Assembly: GCA_036769985.1 (NCBI GenBank)
Contig: DAIPKA010000033.1
Location: 8,900-72,899, forward strand
Direction: 5' to 3'
Origin: Candidatus Hydrogenedentota bacterium
GTDB lineage: Bacteria; Hydrogenedentota; Hydrogenedentia; Hydrogenedentales; SLHB01
DNA length: 64,000 nucleotides
In this document: positions 53,820 through 62,087 of the stretch, piece by piece
Layout of the letters: every line of letters starts with the position of its first letter
How positions within the stretch are numbered: position 1 is the stretch's first letter
Translations under genes and position numbers: made by a program
Notes under the pieces: model-generated
Database searches by the model: none
The model's input: the letters and a program-made list of their open reading frames with translations, nothing else
Told to the model about the DNA's origin: nothing

Positions 53820-55652
53820 CTAACGTGGTCGGCCATGGTAGGTCATCGTGAACCGGACTTGTGTTTCGGGGGCGGGATCGAGGTCCAACGTGATTCGAGT
53901 CAGCATGCCCGATTTCTGGTTGTCGCGGCAGGCCTGCTCGAGGCGCTCGGTCTTGAAGACCCCGCGGTCCGCCGCGATATCGAGATGGCCCTCGGACGAG
54001 TCAACGCGCGCGGTATTGCCCTCGACGGTCACATCGAGCCAGGTGATGAACGCTTCCTCGACCGGCATGCCGCCGCCTGTGAAGGCGTAGCGGTCTTCGA
54101 GCGTGACCATGCCGCCCTCGGCACCGAGCATGCGACTAGCGGAGGTGAGCTCTTCGATGCCGTAGGCATCTTGGAACACGATCGTCGCCTGGTGGCCGCC
54201 ATCGGCCTCGAGGGTGCCGCGGTACTTGGAGCCGGTCTTTTGGAGCTGGCCGTTGACGCGTGGCACGCTGTGGCCGTAGGAGTTTGCGAACACGTTCTCA
54301 TAGCGCTTGCTCGAGAAGTAGTCCTTCGAGTAGAGCCCGCCGCCCGGATCGCAAAGGTACGTCTGGTTACCGATACGCAGGATGAAGCTGCCGACATCGT
54401 TGTTGTTGTGCGGCTCGCCGTTATGGCCGGCCTTCGCCATGAGCACCAGCGGCCCCTCGCCCACGGTGTCCACAATGCGCACGATGCCCGAAACGGGCAA
54501 CACCGCGTTGTCGAGGGCCGAGAACGGCGTGACGCGGCCATCCCACCAGATCAGATTCCGGATCACGGTGGTCACGCGCCAATCCGTGGTGCCGCCGATG
54601 AGCGGCAATAGCGTGCTTGCGCCGACCCGGTCGGCAAGCCGCGAGGCCAGGAACGGCCGGACCGAGGATGCCTCGTGGCTGTCGGCGAAGCTGGCATACA
54701 CCTCCGGACCCATGACGACGCAACCAGGGTAGCGGGCGATGGATTTCAGTTTGTCCTGGGCCAAAAGATCGATGGCGCCTTCGGTGCGCGCGCGCAACAT
54801 CTCGGCGAAGGCGACATAGTGGATTAGGCCATAGTTCCAGTAACCGATGCCCTCGAGGCAACCGCCATCCTCCTCGAAGCCATACTCGATGAACCTATCC
54901 AACTGCTCGAGCACAAGCGCGAGCGCCGCGCACGTCCGGTCGAGGTCCGGTTCCATCATGAGGAACACCTGGCCGATGGAGCCCGCGCACACGCCGGTCC
55001 AGTTATTCCGGCCGGCAACCCACCAGTATTCCTCGCCATGCTCGAGGTAGCGATCCATGATCCGGGTCTTGATCTCCGCGACGACACGGTGGCGGACTTC
55101 TTCCGGAAGCCGGTCTCCCACCAGCAGGAGCACGTGCGCCAGTTCGACCGCAGTCTCGGATGCGAACAGGTCGATGGTCCATTCCGTACGCTCATGCGCA
55201 GGAAGCACCCAGGTGGTCTCTTCACAAATGCTCCAAAGAACATCGTTGATGCGCTCGACCCGCGCGGCCTCGTCGCCCAGCCACAAGGCGATCACTTCCT
55301 GCGTGAGCAGCGTCCGCTTCCCGAAATAGGGCGCCTCGTAGGGCCGTCGAGCGCCAGTCCGTTGGTACTCCCGGTACAGCGAGTACGTCGTCTCCGGTAT
55401 CGCGGGGGTCTCCCGGCCCGCAGCCGCCCACTCCAGCACGGGTTTCGCAAGGGGATGCGCCGCGATTGCCGACGGTGTGCGCGCCGCCAACTCGGGCAAC
55501 AGAGACGACGCGCGAGCCTTCTCGAGAAGGGCGCGCAGCACACTGGGAGATGGGGACGAAGGCATGGGATCGTTCTCCAGGCAGGGGGCGGTCGTGCAAA
55601 ACACCAGCAGGACGCCGATCAACCCCATCCAGGCAGCTCTTGTCTGGTTCAT
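53820..55652 (-). CDS. Heparinase II/III-like (polysaccharide lyase-like) secreted protein
   Basis: Signal peptide MNQTRAAWMGLIGVLLVFCTTAPC. The N-terminal alpha/alpha-toroid-like region has WSICEETTWVLPAHE. The C-terminal KAGHNGEPHNNNDVGSFILRIGNQTYLCDPGGGLY..SYGHSVPRVNG matches the Hepar_II_III pattern as I recall it. Confidence 0.6.
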   Translation of the reverse strand: MNQTRAAWMGLIGVLLVFCTTAPCLENDPMPSSPSPSVLRALLEKARASSLLPELAARTPSAIAAHPLAKPVLEWAAAGRETPAIPETTYSLYREYQRTGARRPYEAPYFGKRTLLTQEVIALWLGDEAARVERINDVLWSICEETTWVLPAHERTEWTIDLFASETAVELAHVLLLVGDRLPEEVRHRVVAEIKTRIMDRYLEHGEEYWWVAGRNNWTGVCAGSIGQVFLMMEPDLDRTCAALALVLEQLDRFIEYGFEEDGGCLEGIGYWNYGLIHYVAFAEMLRARTEGAIDLLAQDKLKSIARYPGCVVMGPEVYASFADSHEASSVRPFLASRLADRVGASTLLPLIGGTTDWRVTTVIRNLIWWDGRVTPFSALDNAVLPVSGIVRIVDTVGEGPLVLMAKAGHNGEPHNNNDVGSFILRIGNQTYLCDPGGGLYSKDYFSSKRYENVFANSYGHSVPRVNGQLQKTGSKYRGTLEADGGHQATIVFQDAYGIEELTSASRMLGAEGGMVTLEDRYAFTGGGMPVEEAFITWLDVTVEGNTARVDSSEGHLDIAADRGVFKTERLEQACRDNQKSGMLTRITLDLDPAPETQVRFTMTYHGRPR

Positions 55653-55865
55653 ACGCCCTAGTATACGGGATGACCGTCGCCGGGTCCAAAACGACCTCCC
55701 TGAAGCGCAATCCGGCTACCAATGGCGTCGGAAACGAGGATAGGTCTTGCATATAGGTGGCGTTCGTGGTAGGATTTGCATCAATATATTGTATCCTTCG
55801 GGACTTGTAGCCCATATTTTGTGGTTGGCCGGATCTGCTGGCATGGTCCGTGTGTGGGAGAGCCT

Positions 55866-57572
55866 ATGAGTATTCGCTGTCTCTTGATCCGCTTGCCCGG
55901 TCCTCCGTTTACCCTGGAGACGTTCATGCCGGAAGGCCGCCTGGCGAGCACGGCGGCCTGTCTGGTCGGCCAAGGGCACTCCGCCCGGATCTGGGATTTC
56001 GGCACCGCCGAGGCGTTTGACGAGCTGTTTCCCGGCGATTGGCGCGAAAGGTTTGCGCCCCTTGCTGCGGTTCTGCTCGACGAGCCGGAGCGCGCGGGAG
56101 GTCTTCGCGGCGAACTGCAGCGCCGAATACGGCCCTTCGCCCGGATCATGGACGGACGTCTCACGGCGCGGGTCGAGCGTGTGGCAGGGCGTGTGGCCTC
56201 CCTTCCCGATCTGGGTCTAGTGGTGTTTCACGTGGGCCGACGCGAAGACTTGCCCATGGCGAAGGCCGTGGCCGCGTCCTTGCGCGAGAAGTGTCCCGAT
56301 GTGCGTCTGGTTGCGGTGGGGGCGTGGATCGACGTGTACGGCGAGTTGCTGGCGCGCCACGGGGCGGTGGACACGTTCGATGCGTTGTGCGTGGGCGACT
56401 ACGAGTGGGCGCTGTGTGAGCTTGCCGGGCGTCTCGCAAAGCCCGAGACGTGGCTGATGATACCGAATCTGGTGCTGACATCGATCGCCGCGCGGCGGGT
56501 GACCGTGCGCCGTTCGGACTATGGCCTCGAGGGTCTTCCTCTTCCTCGGTATGACGCGGACACCTATCCCGCATTTCATGACTCGACGTTGGCCAGAGTC
56601 GTTGGCATCGAGATGAGCCGAGGATGCGATCGTAACTGCCACGCGTGCCCGCTGCCGACCTTGAGTGAGAGACGCGTCCGTCTGGCGCCCGTGGATCATA
56701 TTCGCCGGACGATGAGCCACCTGGCGCGCACCTATGGCCTGCGGACCTTCCGCTTCACGGGGCCGGGAACGCCGGCCTTCCACGCGGAAGCCGTGGCGCA
56801 CGGGATTCTGGCAGCCCGCATGTCGGTGGCGTACAGCCAGACCTTTCCACCGAATTACGCCGAACCGGGCATCGCGGCGGTGCTGCGCGAGTCGGGATGC
56901 GAAGCCTGCGCCGTGCGTCTGGACTCCGGGAGTCAGCGGCTTCTGGACGACTACTACGGCCGGGGATTCGGTGTGACGGAGGTCGAGCAGATGCTCCGAG
57001 CCTGCGTGGCCGAAGACATCTTCACGGAAGCCCGAATCATGTATCCCAGTCCGCGAGACGATTACAACTCGCGGGCGGAAACGCTGCGCATTGTGAATCG
57101 GGCGCGCCCGCATACGGTTACGGTAATTCCTCCCGAAGCGCCACCCGGTTCGGACTGGCACTGCTGGCTGGACGAGTTCGGTTTCTCGCTTCCCGAGAAA
57201 CCCTACAGCCGATGGATCGCCGGCGAGGATGACCTCGAGATGGCCTGCGCCGGTCGGGGCGAAGCTTCGCCCATACGCGTCGGCCCTCGTCTACTGCGCA
57301 AGACCGAACGGGAATATGCCGAGATCGTGGCGGAACTCCGCGAGACCGGCGTGAACACGACGGTCTCGGCCGAGGTCGCGCTGCTCGCACGCGTCGCCGA
57401 CTACGGCGGCCGTGAAGCCGAATTCCAGCGCGCGATTCGTCGCGCGATTCTGTCTGGCGATGCCCTCGCGCTCGCCTCGGCGCTCGAGGGCTTTAATCGG
57501 CGTGCGTGCGTACCTCCTCACACGATAGTGTGCAGGCCCTTCACGCCGGTCCTCGCCGCTGTCGGAAACTGA
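55866..57572 (+). CDS. Radical SAM protein with N-terminal B12-binding-like domain
   Basis: A GGGAGAG SD precedes ATG 55866; the ORF is open from 55776. The CxxxCxxC cluster CDRNCHAC is encoded at 56625-56648 (IEMSRGCDRNCHACPLP). The N-terminal Rossmann-like region (CLLIRLPGPP..GHSARIWDFG) resembles class B radical SAM enzymes. Confidence 0.8.
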   Translation: MSIRCLLIRLPGPPFTLETFMPEGRLASTAACLVGQGHSARIWDFGTAEAFDELFPGDWRERFAPLAAVLLDEPERAGGLRGELQRRIRPFARIMDGRLTARVERVAGRVASLPDLGLVVFHVGRREDLPMAKAVAASLREKCPDVRLVAVGAWIDVYGELLARHGAVDTFDALCVGDYEWALCELAGRLAKPETWLMIPNLVLTSIAARRVTVRRSDYGLEGLPLPRYDADTYPAFHDSTLARVVGIEMSRGCDRNCHACPLPTLSERRVRLAPVDHIRRTMSHLARTYGLRTFRFTGPGTPAFHAEAVAHGILAARMSVAYSQTFPPNYAEPGIAAVLRESGCEACAVRLDSGSQRLLDDYYGRGFGVTEVEQMLRACVAEDIFTEARIMYPSPRDDYNSRAETLRIVNRARPHTVTVIPPEAPPGSDWHCWLDEFGFSLPEKPYSRWIAGEDDLEMACAGRGEASPIRVGPRLLRKTEREYAEIVAELRETGVNTTVSAEVALLARVADYGGREAEFQRAIRRAILSGDALALASALEGFNRRACVPPHTIVCRPFTPVLAAVGN

Positions 57573-60097
57573 TGGAAACCGCACTGGCCACCGGCACGCT
57601 CTTGGCGGTTGCGGCGTTGGACCTCTGCTTCGGCGCGGTCATCCTGCTCCGTAACCCCGCCAAACCCGTGAACCGGGCGTTTGCACTCTTGGCGCTGGCC
57701 GTCGTCCTGTGGTGTGTCGTGATACTCCTTTCGCTGCGCTCCGACACCGACGCCGAAGCGCGCTTCTGGCTGCTTGCGCGCGGCGCGGCCGGCGTTCTGA
57801 TTGTGCCGGCGCTTCTGGTCTTCGTGACCCTGTTTCCGCAGCACCCCTTCCGGTGCAATCGGGTCTTGTTCGGCCTCATTGCCGCGAGCGTGCCGGTGAT
57901 GGCGTTGAGCGGCCTCACGCGGCTATTCGTCCGGGAGGTTCATCTTGAGCCCAACGGACGCCTGGAGATCGCGCACGGACCCTTAGTGTACGGCATCCTC
58001 GCGTGGCTGCTCCTGGTGATCGCGTATATCGCCGTCAACCTGGCCATCAAGCATCGCCACGCGGCCGGTTCGGAACGACGGCAGATCGAGCACGTCTTCA
58101 TCGGCACGTTGATGACCACAATCCTTGTTGTGCTCACGAACGTCGTCGCGCCGCTGTTGGGCGAAAAGCAGCTCTATGTGTACGGCCCGATCTGGACGCT
58201 CATTCTCGTTGCCTGGGTGGCCTACTCGATGGCCCGGTACCAGTTGCTGGGCGTTCCGGAACTGCTCTCGAGAACGGTGCTGTATACCGTGTTGACGGTC
58301 TTCGTCGCCGCGACTTTCCTAGGCACCGTCTTCCTTGTGGATGTCCTCTTCCAGACGTGGTGGCTGGGGCGGCGTCTCGTGCCGACGATTCTGGGCGCCC
58401 TGGTGATTGTCATGCTGCTTCAGCCGCTGAAGGAGCGCCTGCAACGACTTCTCGAGCGTCGGCTGCTCAAGCGCCGCTATGACATCAGCCGGCTGCTCGG
58501 CCGGATCAGCTCGTACGTGGCGGAACTGGCCGATCTCGATGAGATGATCGGGGCGGTAGCGCGCGATATCCAGGACGCCGTCGGGGCCCGCACCATTCGC
58601 GTGCTCCTTGTCAGTGAACGCGCGCCGGGCGCCGTGACGATTCAGTACTCGTCGGATGGCGCTGAGGCGGGGCGGGAGGTTATGCAGTATGCCGACCTGG
58701 TCCGGTATGCCGCCAACCAGGCCGAGGCCGTGCGTCTCGATCAACTGGTACAGGAACCGCCCAGCGACCAACGCGTCCACATGGCGGCGCTTCTCGCCGA
58801 GGCCGAGATCTACGTATGCGTCCCCTTGCGCCAGACGCGCCGGCTCGTGGGGTTCTTGGCGTTCGGCCCCAAGACATCTCAGGACATCTACTCGGCAGAC
58901 GACATGGCGGTGTTCGCCGCCGTTGCCGGTCCTTGGGCTACGGCCATTGAGAACGCCCGGTTGTACCGCCAACTGGAAGAAGCCCATGTCCACCTGACTC
59001 GATTGCTCGAGAGCATGCGCGGGGCCGTCGTCGCCGTAGATGAACGGGGGACGGTGACGACGTTCAATCGCAGTGCGGTGAGGCTGTTGGGACCGCTGAT
59101 GGTGGGCCAACCCGTGGATTCCCTGCCCGAGGAAATCCGTGAAGTCATCGAGCATGCCATCGAGACCGGCCGCGAGACGCCGGAGTTCGAGACGGCCACG
59201 CGCGGCTCCGACGGCACGGCGATCCCCGTGGCGATCGCCTCGACCTGCCTCGCTACGCCCGAGGGCGAACGCTCCGGGGCCATGGTGATGATCTACGACC
59301 TGAGTCGACTGCGCCGACTCGAGCAACACGTCCAACGCGCGGAGCGTCTCTCGTCGGTGGGCCTACTGGCCGCGGGCATGGCCCACGAGATCAAGAATCC
59401 CCTGGTGTCCATCCAAACCTTCGCGCAGCTCCTGCCGACCCATTTCGACGATGCGGACTTCCGCCAGACCTTCGCCGAGGTCGTGCCCGACGAGGTGGCG
59501 CGCATCAACGAACTCGTGGGGCAGATGCTGGATCTCGGCCAGCCCCGGCCGGTGGTGCTGGAACCAGTCGCCCTCGAGCCCGTACTCGAGGGCGTTCTCA
59601 AACTGCTCGGCAGCCAGGTGAAGAAGGCCAACGCCGTCATCCAACGCGTTTTCGACGGAACGGGGACGCCGGTCATAGGTGATTCGCGGCAACTGCACCA
59701 GATCTTCTTCAATCTCTTGCTGAATGCACTGGACGCCCTGAAGGGTACCGGCGGCGAACTGTGCGTGGCCGTCGAGAACACGCGCAAGCACCTCAAGCGC
59801 GACGTACTGGTTCCCACGCGCGAGACGCTGTGCCGGCAGGTTACGATCCGCGATTCCGGTTGTGGAATCGCCCCGGAACACCTGGACCAGCTCTTCACAC
59901 CGTTCTTCACTACCAAGGTCGAGGGACGCGGTTTGGGCCTGGCCGTCGTGTACGGTATGATCACCGAGATGGGCGGCGAAATCGACGTGTCAAGCGCGAT
60001 CGGCGTGGGCACCACCGTGACCGTGTCCATCCCCGTAGCGAATGTGACCGAACCGACGGAGCCGCGTGAAGAGGCCGCGGACGCATCGCACGCCTGA
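57572..60097 (+). CDS. Sensor histidine kinase: N-terminal 7TM-type domain, GAF, PAS, HisKA, HATPase
   Basis: ATG 57572 overlaps the radical SAM TGA (TGATG). Approximately 7 TM helices (..NRAFALLALAVVLWCVVILL..), a GAF-like segment (..RTIRVLLV..YVCVPL..LVGFLAFG), a PAS segment (VVAVDERGTVTTFN), the H-box GMAHEIKNPL and the G-boxes DSGCGI and GRGLGLAV. Confidence 0.85.
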   Translation: METALATGTLLAVAALDLCFGAVILLRNPAKPVNRAFALLALAVVLWCVVILLSLRSDTDAEARFWLLARGAAGVLIVPALLVFVTLFPQHPFRCNRVLFGLIAASVPVMALSGLTRLFVREVHLEPNGRLEIAHGPLVYGILAWLLLVIAYIAVNLAIKHRHAAGSERRQIEHVFIGTLMTTILVVLTNVVAPLLGEKQLYVYGPIWTLILVAWVAYSMARYQLLGVPELLSRTVLYTVLTVFVAATFLGTVFLVDVLFQTWWLGRRLVPTILGALVIVMLLQPLKERLQRLLERRLLKRRYDISRLLGRISSYVAELADLDEMIGAVARDIQDAVGARTIRVLLVSERAPGAVTIQYSSDGAEAGREVMQYADLVRYAANQAEAVRLDQLVQEPPSDQRVHMAALLAEAEIYVCVPLRQTRRLVGFLAFGPKTSQDIYSADDMAVFAAVAGPWATAIENARLYRQLEEAHVHLTRLLESMRGAVVAVDERGTVTTFNRSAVRLLGPLMVGQPVDSLPEEIREVIEHAIETGRETPEFETATRGSDGTAIPVAIASTCLATPEGERSGAMVMIYDLSRLRRLEQHVQRAERLSSVGLLAAGMAHEIKNPLVSIQTFAQLLPTHFDDADFRQTFAEVVPDEVARINELVGQMLDLGQPRPVVLEPVALEPVLEGVLKLLGSQVKKANAVIQRVFDGTGTPVIGDSRQLHQIFFNLLLNALDALKGTGGELCVAVENTRKHLKRDVLVPTRETLCRQVTIRDSGCGIAPEHLDQLFTPFFTTKVEGRGLGLAVVYGMITEMGGEIDVSSAIGVGTTVTVSIPVANVTEPTEPREEAADASHA

Positions 60098-60122
60098 TGC
60101 GCTCGAAACAGGAGTGGGGTCA

Positions 60123-61019
60123 ATGGATGTTGCTGTGGTCGGATCGGTTGCGCTTGATACCGTCGAGACGCCATGGGGCCGAAACGAGGACGGCCTCGGC
60201 GGTGCGGCTACCTACTTCTCCCTCGCGGCGGCGCCCTACGCGCGCGTGCATCTCGTGGGGGTGGTAGGAGACGACTTTCCCGAGGGTCACATGGCCCTGC
60301 TCCGGGATCGGGGCGTTGTGTTGGACGGGCTCGAACGGGCTTCCGGGAAGACCTTCCGGTGGAGCGGGCGCTATCACGAGGACGTGAACGTGCGCGACAC
60401 GCTGGACACCCAGCTCAATGTCTTCGAGCAATTCCATCCGAACCTGTCCGACGGCGCGCGCAACGCCCCCTACATGTTCCTCGGTAATATCCACCCGCGA
60501 CTGCAACTTGAGGTACTCGAACAGGCACGGCCGAAGTTCGTCGGTCTCGATACGATGAACCTCTGGATCCAAACGACGCGTAAGGATCTTGACGAAGTCC
60601 TCAAACGCGTCGACGCCATCCTCATCAACGATTCCGAAGTGAAGGAACTCACCGGCCACGCCAGTGTCGTCCAAGGCGCTCGCGCCGTCCAGGCGCTCGG
60701 ACCGCGCATCGTGCTCGTGAAGAAGGGCGAACACGGCTGCCTGCTGGTGACCCCTGAGGATGTCTTTGCCGTGCCGGCCATTCCGCTCGACGATGTACGA
60801 GACCCCACCGGCGCAGGTGACAGCTTCGCGGGCGGATTCATGGGCTTCATTGCCGCCCAGGATCGCTCCGACGACGGGACCTTGCGCAAGGCCGCCGTCC
60901 ACGGCAGTGTCGTGGCTTCGTTCACGTGTCAAGCTTTCGGCACCGACGGGTTGGCCCGTATCGGCCAAGACGACATCGCCGAGCGCTATCAGGCCTTCGG
61001 CCGCCTGGTTCGATTCTAG
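60123..61019 (+). CDS. PfkB-family carbohydrate kinase
   Basis: An AGGAG SD lies 8-11 nt before ATG 60123. [14 protein letters not shown], and the C-terminal PfkB signature [15 protein letters not shown]. Confidence 0.8.
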   Translation: MDVAVVGSVALDTVETPWGRNEDGLGGAATYFSLAAAPYARVHLVGVVGDDFPEGHMALLRDRGVVLDGLERASGKTFRWSGRYHEDVNVRDTLDTQLNVFEQFHPNLSDGARNAPYMFLGNIHPRLQLEVLEQARPKFVGLDTMNLWIQTTRKDLDEVLKRVDAILINDSEVKELTGHASVVQGARAVQALGPRIVLVKKGEHGCLLVTPEDVFAVPAIPLDDVRDPTGAGDSFAGGFMGFIAAQDRSDDGTLRKAAVHGSVVASFTCQAFGTDGLARIGQDDIAERYQAFGRLVRF

Positions 61020-61149
61020 GGTTGTGGCGGCTCTTCATGGGTGCTCCCGCCGCGCGTGTCCGTGGTACAATGCCCCACGGAAGGGCGCAGTGGCGCTGCT
61101 GCGCTCCGTGCTCTTATCGGCCGTGAGCAACGAGAAGAGGAGATGGGCC

Positions 61150-62055
61150 ATGAAGAAGCCTGGTTTCACACTGATTGAGCTCCTCGTGGTGATTGCGATC
61201 ATCGGGATTCTGGCGGCAATTCTGTTGCCGGCGCTGGCCCGGGCCCGCGAGGCGGCCCGGCGCTCCAGTTGCGCCAACAACCTCAAACAAATGGGTATCG
61301 TGTTCAAGATGTACTCGGGTGAAGCCGCGGAACTCAAGTTCCCGACGCTTCAGATCGAGACGGCCGTGGAGGTCGGCGGCGTCAAGAACATGGCCTGCCA
61401 GACCGGCTTCGACGGTATGCCCAACGGACGCTCGATCTATCCCGAGTACTTGACGGATGAGAACGTGCTGGGATGCCCGTCCGATGCGGATTTCGACAAA
61501 CTGCAGGGCGGTCGTTGGCACGAAGCCGAGGATCCGGGGCGGCCCGTGAATCCGTGCGCGTTCGACAGCCTGTCTTACCTATACCTGGGCTGGGCGTTGC
61601 TTCCTCAGCACTACCTCCGCGCCGGCGTCGGAGAGAACCAGCCCGACTATACACTGGCCAGCGATTTCTCGGGCCAGTTCATCGCCCAGCTTGTTTGGAT
61701 CATCGCCGCCGTCGAGGCCAAAGACCAGGAGGCCCTGCTGGCGCTTGTCGACAACGACATCCCGTTTGTCCACGAAGACCGAGGTCCCATGACGGTCTTC
61801 CGCCTGAGGGAGGGCGTCGAGCGATTCATGATCCAGGACGTGGCCAATGCCGGTGCCAGCTCGGTTTCCCAAAGCGAGATTCCGGTCATGTCGGACATTG
61901 CCAGTCCCAATGTCCAAGATTTCAACCATGCGCCCGGCGGCTCGAATGTCCTGTACATGGACGGCCATGTGCAGTTCGTCAAATATCCGAGCACGCATCC
62001 CGTGAGTGGGGCGCTGGCGTATATCTGGAACATCATTGAGAGCGGCGAGCTATAG
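61150..62055 (+). CDS. Prepilin-type N-terminal cleavage/methylation domain protein, DUF1559 (H-X9-DG) pseudopilin
   Basis: A GAGGAG SD lies 7 nt before ATG 61150. [29 protein letters not shown] is a class III signal with Glu+5. C-terminal [15 protein letters not shown] is the H-X9-DG motif. The supplied ORF start at 60760 overlaps the PfkB gene and is rejected. Confidence 0.85.
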   Translation: MKKPGFTLIELLVVIAIIGILAAILLPALARAREAARRSSCANNLKQMGIVFKMYSGEAAELKFPTLQIETAVEVGGVKNMACQTGFDGMPNGRSIYPEYLTDENVLGCPSDADFDKLQGGRWHEAEDPGRPVNPCAFDSLSYLYLGWALLPQHYLRAGVGENQPDYTLASDFSGQFIAQLVWIIAAVEAKDQEALLALVDNDIPFVHEDRGPMTVFRLREGVERFMIQDVANAGASSVSQSEIPVMSDIASPNVQDFNHAPGGSNVLYMDGHVQFVKYPSTHPVSGALAYIWNIIESGEL

Positions 62056-62087
62056 AGCGTGGCCCTGTCCGCAGTGGGCCGCGCGCC

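Noticed and set aside
52914-54611. 565-aa plus-strand ORF spanning the adhesin leader and the heparinase-like gene
   Set aside because: The 3' two-thirds are antisense to a well-supported gene. The 5' third is open because that spacer is T-poor, and its translation is Pro/Arg/Thr-rich with no motif or SD. The compositional oddity is kept as a finding, not as a gene.
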